Shown: piece by piece, positions 28,398 to 38,592 of the stretch
Layout: each line of letters starts with the position of its first letter
Position numbering within the stretch: the stretch's first letter is position 1
NCBI GenBank assembly: GCA_937929805.1
Contig: CALFUT010000003.1
Coordinates: 730-64,729 of the forward strand
Reading direction: 5' to 3'
Source: an uncultured Pirellulaceae bacterium
GTDB taxonomy: Bacteria > Planctomycetota > Planctomycetia > Pirellulales > Pirellulaceae
Length of the DNA stretch: 64,000 nucleotides
Made by a program: the position numbers and the translations under genes
The notes under the pieces: model-generated
Databases searched by the model: none
Seen by the model: the letters and a program-made list of their open reading frames with translations, nothing else
Told to the model about the DNA's origin: nothing

Positions 28398-28800
28398 TGT
28401 GTCTCCAGACAGTTGATCAAAATCATGTTTCCTTTCATGTAAAAGTCATCGGGACGGGAAAGGACTGACGCTTGCCGAACATCTATCGGCACGATGAGGC
28501 TGCAAACCCCCGCGTCGAACCTCAAAGGATACACGATTCTAGGAAAAAATGTCTAGAGCTAACCCCGATGATCTCTAGATTCCTTCCTTTTTTGGCCTGA
28601 AACGTTGCCGAAATGCAATTGCTGAACCGGTTCGCGTCGCGTTGGACCAACACAACCAGCACAAATTGCCTGAACAGAAAGACCCAGATTCGAGAACGAT
28701 CCAGCACCCACACGCGACCCAAGAGCCGATGCGTCCAGAGGTTACCTCGTTTTGGTTGCCATCTATTTTCCCAAATTGCTTGCTGCCGACAGTCCAACCC

Positions 28801-29076
28801 ATGAACGACCAGCCCCAAACCGCCAGCTCAACCGAATGCGATTTGATCGAGTCGATGCTGCACCGTCAGGAGCAGGTGCTGACTGGGCTGGATGATTTGT
28901 TCGACCGGATCGACGCCGTGATTGGCGAACTGACCGAGCAACGCAAACGCGAGGCAGCAGAAGCCAACGACTTCCTTCAGTTTGGGCCTACACCAACAGA
29001 GTCGCCAATACAGAAATTGGATAACTCGGACGAGCAGTCGGATCAACAATTGGGGCGACAAGAGAAAGCCGCCTAG
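28801..29076 (+). CDS. Small coiled-coil hypothetical protein
   Basis: Amphipathic LIESMLHRQEQVLTGLDDLFDRIDAVIGEL segment. Start uncertain (open frame from 28642). Confidence 0.6.
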   Translation: MNDQPQTASSTECDLIESMLHRQEQVLTGLDDLFDRIDAVIGELTEQRKREAAEANDFLQFGPTPTESPIQKLDNSDEQSDQQLGRQEKAA

Positions 29077-29140
29077 GCACCCCAGCATCGCCACGCGAAG
29101 CCTCTACCGACCCCGAAAGTCCGACCCCGAAAGTCAAAAG

Positions 29141-30856
29141 CTATTCAGGCTGATCTAGATTGCCCGACTTTCTGATCGCCCACAGCAGCCGCAGCCCCAT
29201 CGCCAAACTGACGAATAGCCCCGTCAGTCCCAACAGCGACAAATCTCGGATCCCCAATGGCCCTTCTCCGGGAAACAATAGCGGCGGAACTTTGTAGCTG
29301 AGCATTAACGATGCGCCCATAAACATCGCGCTTGACATCATCCCCAACACCAACCGATTCGCGGTGGGCCCGAGCCGGCGATGGACCAGGTGAACGTCAA
29401 AGCTGCCGGACTGAACCTGTTCAAGAATGTTTGAAATCTTTCTGGGTAGCTCGTCCGCCAATTGTTCAACTTCCATGTAGAAGCGACGCATTTTTCGGAT
29501 CTGACGAGACGGCGACAACCGTTTCAGAAGCATCATTCGCTGGACTGGCTGCATGATCTCCATCAGGCTGAAGTCCGGACTCATCAAACGCCCCGTGCCT
29601 TCCAATGTGATCAACACTTTAATCAACAAAGACGCCTCGTTCGGCAAAGTGATGTGATTCCGCCGAACAAGAGAAACGAAATCGCTAAGCGCGCCGCTCA
29701 TGTCAAAAGACGAAAGCGTCTGAGTCGAATACTGGCCAACAAAATCAGCCACGTCGTTCGAGAGACCTCCCGCGTCCATGTCGATTGGGCAGTTTCCTAC
29801 ACGACGAATCAGCGTCGTCAACAACAGCACGTCCTCATGCGCGATCGCGACCAACATCGCTTCAATGTCTTCTCGCAACTGTTCGCTGATGCGACCCACC
29901 ATGCCAAAATCGAGCAACCCAATCGTACCGTCGTCCGTAATGACGATGTTCCCCGGATGCGGATCCGCATGATAAAAGCCATGCTGGAAAATCATCTTCA
30001 AATAGGCGTTGGCTCCATCGCGGGCCAACTGAGCCGACCGGTCACCAAGCACTTCATGATTGCATAGGTCGCGCAATTTTGTGCCATCTACTCGATCCAT
30101 CGCGATCATTTTAGGCGAGCACAAAGCTTCAATCGGTTCCGGCAAAGTGATGGAATCATCGCCGGCGAACATGGCACGAAACTGAAGCAGATGATTTGCC
30201 TCACGGTCGAAGTCCAATTCACGCCGCATCGCTCGAGACATCTGCCCAACGACCGCGACAGGTTGGTAGCTTCGGAAATCTTCAATCCGCTCGGCAAGCT
30301 GAGCCAACCCCGCCAAGATATCCAGATCGGTTTCGACCTTCCTTTCAATGCCTTGGTGACGGACTTTCACGACAACTTGCGCGGACGATCCGGCTTGCTG
30401 AAACTCGGGCGCGAGCGTCGCTTGATGCACCTGCCCGATGGAAGCAGACGCGATTGGAGTTTCGTCAAACGAGGAAAACAACTCCGGCAGCGGCCTGCCC
30501 TGCTCCGCCTCGATGATCGCCTTGACGGTTTCGAAATCATCCGCCGGCGCATCGGATTGAAGCAACGACAGTTCGTCCGCCAATTCGTTACCAACCACAT
30601 CGGGACGCGTGCTTAACAGCTGACCAAATTTGATGAATGTCGGCCCAAGTTCAGTCAACGCCAACCGGATTCGCTGTTGATGTGTAAGACTGGCAAGTTG
30701 CTTGCCATCACCGCCAGTCAACATACCGCTCATGAAGTCAATTCGAAATCGACTTAGCCAATCCGCCAACCCGTACTTGCTAAGCACGCGCACGATTTCC
30801 GTCCAACGACGAACATTGCGGTAAAGCTGCGGGATGGATCCAATGGATCGCTTCAT
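29141..30856 (-). CDS. ABC1/UbiB/AarF atypical kinase family protein
   Basis: LGPTFIKFGQLLSTRPD, ASASIGQVH, VVVKVR, HADPHPGN, LLDFGMVG; two C-terminal TMs. Confidence 0.95.
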   Translation of the reverse strand: MKRSIGSIPQLYRNVRRWTEIVRVLSKYGLADWLSRFRIDFMSGMLTGGDGKQLASLTHQQRIRLALTELGPTFIKFGQLLSTRPDVVGNELADELSLLQSDAPADDFETVKAIIEAEQGRPLPELFSSFDETPIASASIGQVHQATLAPEFQQAGSSAQVVVKVRHQGIERKVETDLDILAGLAQLAERIEDFRSYQPVAVVGQMSRAMRRELDFDREANHLLQFRAMFAGDDSITLPEPIEALCSPKMIAMDRVDGTKLRDLCNHEVLGDRSAQLARDGANAYLKMIFQHGFYHADPHPGNIVITDDGTIGLLDFGMVGRISEQLREDIEAMLVAIAHEDVLLLTTLIRRVGNCPIDMDAGGLSNDVADFVGQYSTQTLSSFDMSGALSDFVSLVRRNHITLPNEASLLIKVLITLEGTGRLMSPDFSLMEIMQPVQRMMLLKRLSPSRQIRKMRRFYMEVEQLADELPRKISNILEQVQSGSFDVHLVHRRLGPTANRLVLGMMSSAMFMGASLMLSYKVPPLLFPGEGPLGIRDLSLLGLTGLFVSLAMGLRLLWAIRKSGNLDQPE

Positions 30857-31112
30857 GAGTTCACGTTCTGACTTGTGCTTGGGCAAAAATGACCATGGAA
30901 TAAGCGACTGCAATTGTTCGTCTAGTTTAGTAGGGATCGAACTAACGGTCACGAAACCACGGACGAACAAAGGCCCCACTTTCAATTTCGTTAGCGACGG
31001 CGTTTCATCTTCGCATCACGATAACAAACAGCCTAATCCCCAATTGTTTCACGGCAAACCCGATCCGGCATTTCAAGCATCTCAGCATCACTTATATGGA
31101 CACCGAATTTCA

Positions 31113-32123
31113 CTAACGCGATTGGTCCTCGACGGCGAACGTTTCCTTGTTGCTTAACCAGACGAGACCTCCGACGGCAGACAGGATCAGCATAAAGAAC
31201 CGAAACGTGAATCCCACGATGACTCCGTCGCCCCCGCCACCCGCAAGAATTTGGTACAGGAACGCGACGGCGGCTTCCATGCCTCCAATCCCACCCGGCA
31301 GCGGCAATGCGTTTGCCACCATCGCAATCGGCTCGATCAGCAAATGGTGCCCGAAGCTCGGATGAACCGCGCCTAACCCGACTGCAATCGAAAAGATCGT
31401 CACGGCAAAGAAGACGTTCACTCCAATGCTCAGCAAAAAACTGACGACGATCACACCCCAACGGTCGCGATACACGGACACAACATCCGTCATCTTACGC
31501 GTGAAGACTCCCAAATGCGGAATCGCAAACAGCCTTAACAACCAAGGCCGCGACCACTTGAACTTTTGCAGTTCAGGAATCGCAAACAAAACAGCCAATC
31601 CGAAAAAACCCAACATCGCCAGCACCATCGTGAATCGGCCGGCGTAGCGAATCGCCGCATCGTTTGCTGATGACATTGTCAACTGGTCAACATTCAATTG
31701 CCCAAAGGCCAAGGCAGCGATACCGACCATCGTCAACAGACCAATCAAACGATCGAAAACAACGGACGCAATCACTTCCGTCTTTCGACCGGGCGACTGG
31801 CGACAAACATAGACCGCTCGCATTGCGTCACCGCCGGCAACCCCGATCGTGAATACACAAAAGAACAAACCGATGAACCCAAGCCGAATCGCATCGATTA
31901 GCCTGAACGGCAGACCAAGGGCGCGAACCAAACCGTGCCAACGAATAAAGCCGATAACTAGACTTGCCAGACAAGATGTAAAACCCAGCAACAACCATTG
32001 CCACTTTTTGGGTGAATCAAACAATGTTCCAAAATCGTCGCTCTGGGTCGCCTGACGAAAAAGATAGAAAATTAGCCCGGCAGAAATCGCGAACTTGGTG
32101 ATGGTAAACAGAAGGTTCTTCAA
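31113..32123 (-). CDS. Lysylphosphatidylglycerol-synthase TM / UPF0104 flippase-like protein
   Basis: RWHGLVR, GVAGGDAMRAVY, VFDRLIGLL, LPLPGGIGGMEAA, FRFF motifs. Confidence 0.88.
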   Translation of the reverse strand: MKNLLFTITKFAISAGLIFYLFRQATQSDDFGTLFDSPKKWQWLLLGFTSCLASLVIGFIRWHGLVRALGLPFRLIDAIRLGFIGLFFCVFTIGVAGGDAMRAVYVCRQSPGRKTEVIASVVFDRLIGLLTMVGIAALAFGQLNVDQLTMSSANDAAIRYAGRFTMVLAMLGFFGLAVLFAIPELQKFKWSRPWLLRLFAIPHLGVFTRKMTDVVSVYRDRWGVIVVSFLLSIGVNVFFAVTIFSIAVGLGAVHPSFGHHLLIEPIAMVANALPLPGGIGGMEAAVAFLYQILAGGGGDGVIVGFTFRFFMLILSAVGGLVWLSNKETFAVEDQSR

Positions 32124-32467
32124 TGGGTTCCAACAACGAAATGCGAGGGGCGGGCGACTGAGGCGATGCCATTGTAGTTGGAACCGCGAATTCGAGGATA
32201 GCTTGTGCTTTGTCTAACCGGAAACAGGAATTCGCTAAGCACGCTGCATGCTTGCCGCAAAACGAAGAAGCCGATGCCTCACAAAAAGAGGCGATCAGCT
32301 ATTTCAAAATGGGATTACTGGGTCAACTGCGGACGATGCAAGTCATAGCAATCTTGGGAGGCTAAACGGCTCAATTGCTATTGGGGCGATTTATCGATAT
32401 TTGGTAAAACCCAAGTGTTCGGAACCCCACCCAGTGGCCAGAGCAAACGCCAACCGCGAGTAACCAA

Positions 32468-32833
32468 ATGGATTTTGATCAACTAGCTATCTACGCCAAT
32501 CTCGCACTCACTTGGATTGGTTTCGGCACAGTCGTTGGTTTGGCTGCGAAGGCCGTCATGCCCGGACGAGATCCCGGCGGCGCGATTGGGACGGTGTTGA
32601 TGGGAATCGCCGGAACGTTGATCGGCTGCGCCATACTGCAGTACTTTTCAACGACAGGCCAGACCGTCCAGCCCATCAGCCTTGAGGGTTTCGCCGTCGG
32701 TGCCGGCGGCGCGTTGGTTATTTTGACGTTCTACAAAGTGCTTGGCGGGTACTGGTTCGTCGAAGGCGAATATCAACCTCGCAGTATTCGCAGAAGAAGA
32801 CGGCGAAGATCAACGACTGCCTACGACGACTAA
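32468..32833 (+). CDS. GlsB/YeaQ/YmgE family membrane protein
   Basis: WIGFGTVVGLAAKAVMPGRDPGG..GT..MGIAGTLIG; Arg-rich tail. Confidence 0.88.
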   Translation: MDFDQLAIYANLALTWIGFGTVVGLAAKAVMPGRDPGGAIGTVLMGIAGTLIGCAILQYFSTTGQTVQPISLEGFAVGAGGALVILTFYKVLGGYWFVEGEYQPRSIRRRRRRRSTTAYDD

Positions 32834-32893
32834 GAACTAGTTGGACAGCGCCAGTTTTGCAATTTCACCGTTGTTTTTGCCGCAGGTTGTCGT

Positions 32894-32975
32894 CGGGAGG
32901 GCGAGGCTCCATCCGAGTCGCGCGGAGCAAAAAAGCCCAACCATCCACATGGGGCGGACGGAGCCTTCCCCTCCC
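32894..32975. repeat. REP-like palindromic unit (family B)
   Basis: CGGGAGGGCGAGGCTCCATCCGAG...GGGGCGGACGGAGCCTTCCCCTCCC, reverse complement of the 14014..14223 units; between convergent genes. Confidence 0.75.
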
Positions 32976-33139
32976 AACATCGGTTTCATTCATCGAAAGT
33001 GGCGCTGTCCAATTAGGCTTTGTCTTAAAACCGTAGCCGGACTCGCCAGAGTTCGGTTGCCCGTTCGTCGATTCCCGAAGTCCGGCGGTCGATTACTTGG
33101 ACGGAATTTCGGAGGCAAACCTGCGTCGCCAAGAGTCGG

Positions 33140-34204
33140 TCAAACGCCAGACTGACGTCGCCTTCTCAGACGCTCGCTGAAACGATCAAGAATGCGTTTC
33201 TCGTCTCTCGTCAGGCCCGTGATTCCGCTTCGGTGCAACTTGCCGAGAATCTCATCGGCTTGACGTTCTTCATCGGCTTCCATGTCCTGCTCGACGGCAT
33301 CGCGTGCGTGCTGTTTCTCGAGCAACCATTGTGAATAGGAACCATCGTCGTCCGTTTCACGAAAGTGAAAGAAGTCGCCTTCCTCATACATTGAGTCATA
33401 CTCGGCGTTCTCAAGTTCATCCCAATCCGGATCATCGTAAGCCGTTTCGCGAGCAAACGAGTACCGCGCCGTGAAGATTAAACCGATGCCTGCGATTAGC
33501 AGCACAAACCACGCGGGCTGAATTTCGCCACCATCGTAGCCGCGCAACAGCCATGCCATCCCAAGCATTGTGAATGCAAGCCCGTGCCCAATCGCCATGA
33601 CGGCGGACTCAATGCGGTGGCGAGGCACACCCAACTGCATCGACTCGATTACCGATCGCAATACTGCCGCGCCATCAAAAGGAAAACACGGTAGGAGATT
33701 GACGGCCAACAACTGGAAGTTTACCCAAGTCACTATTTCAAGCGACGTCCGCTCCCAGTTGGAGAATCGAAACCCATGAGGATGCAACGGGTTCACCAGA
33801 GATTCAAGACTCGTGTTGGTATGACGAATCAACACCGCGGCACCAAACAGGAAGATCATGCCACTGATGAACGGACCAGCCATGTGAACAATTGCACGCG
33901 AGTAGCCGCCGTCTCGGAGAGTGTTTTCTGAATTTCCGCCCCACGGCGTCAGAAGCATCCCATTGCAATGACCGCCAAGGTTGGCGATCGCAAAAAGATG
34001 GGCAAACTCATGAATGAGAATGCTACCAATCAGAATTAAGGATGTGACGATTCCCGTGCCAACAAACGTGGGTTCGATTGACTCGCGAAGATGCCACTCG
34101 ACCCCAAAGATCAACGCCACGAATAACAACAAACTAGCGTGAATACGAACGGGCACACCGAACCAGCGGCCAATGCTAACGCTCCACACTTGGTCTTCTG
34201 CCAT
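33140..34204 (-). CDS. Site-2 protease (M50) with acidic linker and DUF6576-like C-terminus
   Basis: HEFAH zinc motif and NLLPCFPFDG; C-terminal DEILGKLHRSGITGLTRDEKRIL. Start placed at ATG 34204. Confidence 0.88.
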   Translation of the reverse strand: MAEDQVWSVSIGRWFGVPVRIHASLLLFVALIFGVEWHLRESIEPTFVGTGIVTSLILIGSILIHEFAHLFAIANLGGHCNGMLLTPWGGNSENTLRDGGYSRAIVHMAGPFISGMIFLFGAAVLIRHTNTSLESLVNPLHPHGFRFSNWERTSLEIVTWVNFQLLAVNLLPCFPFDGAAVLRSVIESMQLGVPRHRIESAVMAIGHGLAFTMLGMAWLLRGYDGGEIQPAWFVLLIAGIGLIFTARYSFARETAYDDPDWDELENAEYDSMYEEGDFFHFRETDDDGSYSQWLLEKQHARDAVEQDMEADEERQADEILGKLHRSGITGLTRDEKRILDRFSERLRRRRQSGV

Positions 34205-34607
34205 TTTCAAGTCTCCGCCATGCCTTGTCTCGAGTTGGTTCGTCGCTTCGCACGCAATCGCACGAAAACCCACCGCCATCGGGTCGTTCCGTTCAACCCT
34301 TATATTTTTGTAACGGCATCTACGCTGCCGTCGAAATGCCAATTTTTCGAACCCCCATCGTATCCACGACACTCGATTGAATCAATTGATTGCCGGCATG
34401 AAGCATGAATCATTGTTGACCAAAACGGGTTGAAAGGCCTCTAGGGTTCCGATTGCGCGGCTTGGATGAAAAATTAGCTGCAAAATGGGGCTCAAGCGAC
34501 AGCTTGGATGCTAAATCGATGCGAAAAGACGCCCGAGAAAAGATACGCAGCGGCACGCCTTCGGTTCGCGGCTACCTCGAAGCAGCGGTTTAGCTAGCGA
34601 GATAGAG

Positions 34608-35660
34608 TTAGCCGGGGCGATACAGCCGCTCTTGAATCAATTGCGGGGAACCGCCAACCGATCCGTCGCGAACCATGTGCCAAGATTTGTCCGTGGGCAG
34701 AAACTTTGGGTCTAATGGCCACGGTAGGAACGGCTTTCGCCCGAGCGTCTGCATTAGCTTCGACGAATTCATGGTCACGTTGCCCGCGCGAGGAGGCATC
34801 GGGCCCGCGTCGATTCGAGGACAACCATGCAGCAACTCAGGATCGTAACCGCCGACTCGATTGACGATTTGAGCAATCTGATAGAGTGACAGGTAAACGT
34901 CGCCGCCCGCGTGCCAAATCCCGCTCAAATCTGAACGGCAACAGAATTCCTTGATCACCCCATTTAGGCAGTCGACATAGGCCGGAGATCGAACCTCGTC
35001 ATAGTACAGCGTGGCTGGAAGATTCTTTGCAAACCGATGCTGAATCCAGTCGATCGCACCCGCGTGGCCATTGAAGCTAACACCCATCGGCAACGAGATC
35101 CTCAGGATCGCGGACTCGGGCCGGCGTTCAAGCACCAACTGCTCGGCCATCACCATCGTCTTGCCATACATCGTAACCGGGTCGGGCGTATCCGTTTCCA
35201 CGTAGCGTCCCTCGCCGTCACCCGAAAAAACGAGATCGATAGAAAGATGAACCAGCCGAACCGGCGTTCCCTCGATGGCTTTCAGCAAGTTATCAACGCA
35301 ACTGACGTTCACCCGATGAGCCATTGCGTGATCAAGCTCACATCCCTTCAGGTGGCAACTGCCACCACAATTGACCACCGTCCGGATACCATGCTCATCG
35401 ATCAACCTTCGCACATTGTCGGGTTCGCTAAGGTTGCTTCCCACGATGCCGTCCCCGACCAAGCGGTAGGTTTTTTCCGGCCGAGTGCCAAAAACTTGGT
35501 CGCCCAATTCGCGACGGAGATCGTAGAATAAGCTGTATCCGGCGACGCCCGAGACTCCAGTCACTAAAATGGGAAGTCGGCAGCTCAAATCCCAATCGAA
35601 ACCCGCATCGGGCGAGCTTGGGGCTGTGTCGAAGGCGGGCTTTGTGTTCGAATGAACCAC
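34608..35660 (-). CDS. RmlD-like (dTDP-4-dehydrorhamnose reductase family) extended SDR
   Basis: ILVTGVSGVAG, HLSIDLVFSG, YGKTM, ILRISL, DEVRSP. Confidence 0.85.
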   Translation of the reverse strand: MVHSNTKPAFDTAPSSPDAGFDWDLSCRLPILVTGVSGVAGYSLFYDLRRELGDQVFGTRPEKTYRLVGDGIVGSNLSEPDNVRRLIDEHGIRTVVNCGGSCHLKGCELDHAMAHRVNVSCVDNLLKAIEGTPVRLVHLSIDLVFSGDGEGRYVETDTPDPVTMYGKTMVMAEQLVLERRPESAILRISLPMGVSFNGHAGAIDWIQHRFAKNLPATLYYDEVRSPAYVDCLNGVIKEFCCRSDLSGIWHAGGDVYLSLYQIAQIVNRVGGYDPELLHGCPRIDAGPMPPRAGNVTMNSSKLMQTLGRKPFLPWPLDPKFLPTDKSWHMVRDGSVGGSPQLIQERLYRPG

Positions 35661-35796
35661 GGTAGCGAATCTTGTTCAATTAGGTGATTTTGGGCGTGTC
35701 CTCAGAAGACATCGAGTATGACTTGACCGGCTGAACGCCACCAGACCGCTATCCGAAATTCAAAATCGTGCTTGGCTTTCAATCCAACTGGACGGC

Positions 35797-36510
35797 ATGG
35801 GTCTCTTTAAAATTAAAATCTGTGGAATTCGGTTCGAGTCCGATCTATTTGCGGCGATTGAAGCTGGAGCCGACGCGATCGGTTTGAATTTTTACTCGCC
35901 ATCGGTGCGAAGCGTGTCCACCGAGCAGGCCGCATCTTTGGCCAAGGCACTTGTTGATCGTGAAACACGATGGTCCGGCAAAACCGTTGGCGTTTTTGTA
36001 AATCACTCGGCCGCCGCGATTGCGGAGACCGTACAATCCGCCAATCTGAATGTTATCCAGCTTCACGGTGATGAACGTCCCGAGTTCATTTCTAAGATCC
36101 GCCACCAGCTGAAAAATAGTTCGCTTGCCCCCGACACGCCGATCGTCCGAGCGGTTCGCGTGGCAAAAGACCTAGGTGGGAACGCCGGCACTGCCGAACT
36201 TCAGTCTGAAGTCGCCCACTGGAAAGAGGCGGGGGCGTCGATGGTGTTGCTCGACGCTGCCGTTCCGGGCGCGTTCGGAGGAACCGGAGCTCGGCTTGAT
36301 TGGCATGCTCTGAGGGGTATTTCGCTGGACCTGCCATTTGCTTTAGCGGGCGGCTTAACCGCGGACAACGTGGCGAATGCAATCTCAATCGCGGAGCCTG
36401 ACGCGGTCGATACCGCCAGCGGCGTGGAGAACTCAGCCCAGCGAAAAGATACCGACGCGATGATTCGATTTGTTGAACAAGCTAAAAGCGCGTTCGCGGG
36501 GACGGTTTGA
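35797..36510 (+). CDS. trpF: Phosphoribosylanthranilate isomerase
   Basis: KIKICGI, GADAIGLNF, QLHGDE, GGTG, LAGGLT, VDTASGVE. Confidence 0.95.
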   Translation: MGLFKIKICGIRFESDLFAAIEAGADAIGLNFYSPSVRSVSTEQAASLAKALVDRETRWSGKTVGVFVNHSAAAIAETVQSANLNVIQLHGDERPEFISKIRHQLKNSSLAPDTPIVRAVRVAKDLGGNAGTAELQSEVAHWKEAGASMVLLDAAVPGAFGGTGARLDWHALRGISLDLPFALAGGLTADNVANAISIAEPDAVDTASGVENSAQRKDTDAMIRFVEQAKSAFAGTV

Positions 36511-36774
36511 TCTCGCTCCTTTTCACACGGGCCAAGCTACGGCCTGAGCAGTTCCCGATTTGTACCCGTTTCTGAAAACCGTTCAGGCTAAAAATCGAGC
36601 CATCACTCGATCCGCATTGTGAAACTCGGCGAGCACGGCAAAACAGAGAAACCGGGTGTGTGCGACAGACCGACACATGAGCCCCGATTGCTCGCGGCTC
36701 GCACTTGCTGGCGGACTAACCAGCTCAAAATGCTCGAATTTCTCGGAAAAAACGTTGAAAAATCGTTTGACTTG

Positions 36775-36804
36775 TTGAGCCCGACACCTGTTGCGATGTA
36801 CACT
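36775..36804 (+). promoter_or_regulatory. Candidate promoter TTGAGC-18-TACACT for ahcY
   Basis: Hexamers at 36775-36780 and 36799-36804; implies a ~155-nt leader. Confidence 0.35.
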
Positions 36805-36847
36805 GTCGTGCGGTTGTTAACCATCTCAAGCTGCATAGGTTACTCGA

Positions 36848-36951
36848 CGTAAAAGATCCGGGCGGAAGTCTCCGTACATGGAGTTTGCAGCAATCCTCGA
36901 TCGCGGAACGTCAAATGGACGTTTGAGCCGATCTTATACGCCCTTTTTTTT
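36848..36951 (+). promoter_or_regulatory. Structured 5' leader of ahcY (riboswitch-like candidate)
   Basis: Long-range stem CGTAAAAGATC/GATCTTATACG, two internal hairpins, alternative GGGCG/CGCCC pairing and a U8 tract before the AGGAG SD. Confidence 0.4.
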
Positions 36952-36965
36952 CAGGAGACCTTCCC

Positions 36966-38306
36966 GTGTCGAACGTGGAAACATCAAAGCAGACTTTCAA
37001 AGTCAAAGATATGTCGTTGGCCGAACTAGGCCGCAAAGAGATTGTCCTTGCTGAAAACGAAATGCCCGGTCTGATGGCACTTCGTGAGAAGTACGGAAAA
37101 ACAAAGCCGCTGACTGGTGCTCGCATCGCCGGCTGTCTGCATATGACCGTTCAAACAGCGGTTCTGATCGAGACGCTTGTCGAGCTGGGTGCTGAAGTCA
37201 CTTGGAGTAGCTGCAACATTTTCAGCACTCAAGACCAAGCAGCCGCTGCCATCGCTGAAGCCGGTATCCCCGTCTTCGCGTGGAAGGGCATGAGCGACGA
37301 AGAGTTCAATTGGTGCATCGAGCAAACGCTAACTGCGTTCCCATCGGGCGAGCCGTTGAACATGATCTTGGACGACGGTGGTGACCTAACCGCCATGGTT
37401 CATGACAACTACCCAGAGCTGTTGGCGAACATCAAAGGGATCAGCGAAGAAACCACCGCAGGTGTTCACCGTCTAATCGTGTTGGCAGAAGAAGCCAAGC
37501 TTCAGGTTCCGGCCATCAACATCAACGACAGTGCCACCAAGAGTAAATTCGACAACCTTTACGGTTGCCGCGAATCACTTGCGGACGGCGTTAAGCGTGC
37601 CACAGACGTGATGCTGGCTGGTAAGGTTGCCGTTGTCGCTGGATACGGCGATGTTGGAAAAGGTTGTGCTCACTCGCTTCAGCGTTATGGCTGCCGCGTG
37701 ATCGTCACCGAAATCGATCCAATCAACGCCCTGCAAGCTTCAATGGAAGGCTTTGAAGTCGTCACGATGGACGAAGCTGCCTCGCAAGGGAACTTGTTCG
37801 TTACAACAACAGGTAACCGCGACATCATCCTTGGGCACCACATGGAGCAGATGCCAAACGACGCGATCGTTTGCAACATCGGTCACTTCGACACCGAGAT
37901 CGACATCGCTTGGTTGGAAACTCAGGTCGAAGCAGGCAAAATGACCAAAGACAACATCAAGCCGGCCGACATCGGCGCCGTTGACCGCTACACCTTCGCT
38001 GACGGACACAACGTAATCGTGCTGGCTCAAGGTCGCTTGGTCAATTTGGGCTGTGCCACTGGCCACCCAAGCTTCGTGATGAGCATGTCGTTCACCAACC
38101 AAGTTCTTGCTCAGCTTGAACTTTGGGAGCGTGCTGAGCAGTACGACGTGAGCGTTCACTTGATGCCAAAACGTTTGGACGAAGAAGTGGCTCGCCTACA
38201 CCTAGATCAGCTTGGCGTGAAACTGACCAAGCTGACTCCAGAGCAAGCCGAGTACATGAACGTTCCAGTCGATGGACCCTACAAGCCGGACCACTACCGG
38301 TACTAA
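36966..38306 (+). CDS. ahcY: Adenosylhomocysteinase (SAH hydrolase)
   Basis: [59 protein letters not shown]. Confidence 0.98.
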   Translation: MSNVETSKQTFKVKDMSLAELGRKEIVLAENEMPGLMALREKYGKTKPLTGARIAGCLHMTVQTAVLIETLVELGAEVTWSSCNIFSTQDQAAAAIAEAGIPVFAWKGMSDEEFNWCIEQTLTAFPSGEPLNMILDDGGDLTAMVHDNYPELLANIKGISEETTAGVHRLIVLAEEAKLQVPAININDSATKSKFDNLYGCRESLADGVKRATDVMLAGKVAVVAGYGDVGKGCAHSLQRYGCRVIVTEIDPINALQASMEGFEVVTMDEAASQGNLFVTTTGNRDIILGHHMEQMPNDAIVCNIGHFDTEIDIAWLETQVEAGKMTKDNIKPADIGAVDRYTFADGHNVIVLAQGRLVNLGCATGHPSFVMSMSFTNQVLAQLELWERAEQYDVSVHLMPKRLDEEVARLHLDQLGVKLTKLTPEQAEYMNVPVDGPYKPDHYRY

Positions 38307-38592
38307 ACTTCGGTTGCGAAACCGATTGCCACTTGTGAGTCAACTTTTGATGGCTCGCAACTGATCACGACGGTGCTGATTGAAAAATCGGCACCGTTTT
38401 TTTGTGCGCAGACCTTCGCACAATTTTTTCGGCAATCAATCGAACCACCTTTCTTGCCATGCGTAACACCGGATTGATTAATCCAATGAGCAACAATCAA
38501 CATAGCAAATGATTTGCTAGCACTCCCCTTTGACAGCGATTGCAGCGTGCGAGATAACGACGTCTCACACGATGAATCACATAGGTTGGGTA

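Noticed and set aside
29107-29134. 14-bp direct repeat CCGACCCCGAAAGT x2
   Set aside because: A single short duplication between convergent genes; no further structure or copies seen.
36848-36951. Canonical SAH or SAM-I riboswitch call
   Set aside because: Required elements (SAH GAGCG/CGCUC pseudoknot; SAM-I kink-turn and GGUGC) are missing. Kept only as an unclassified candidate.
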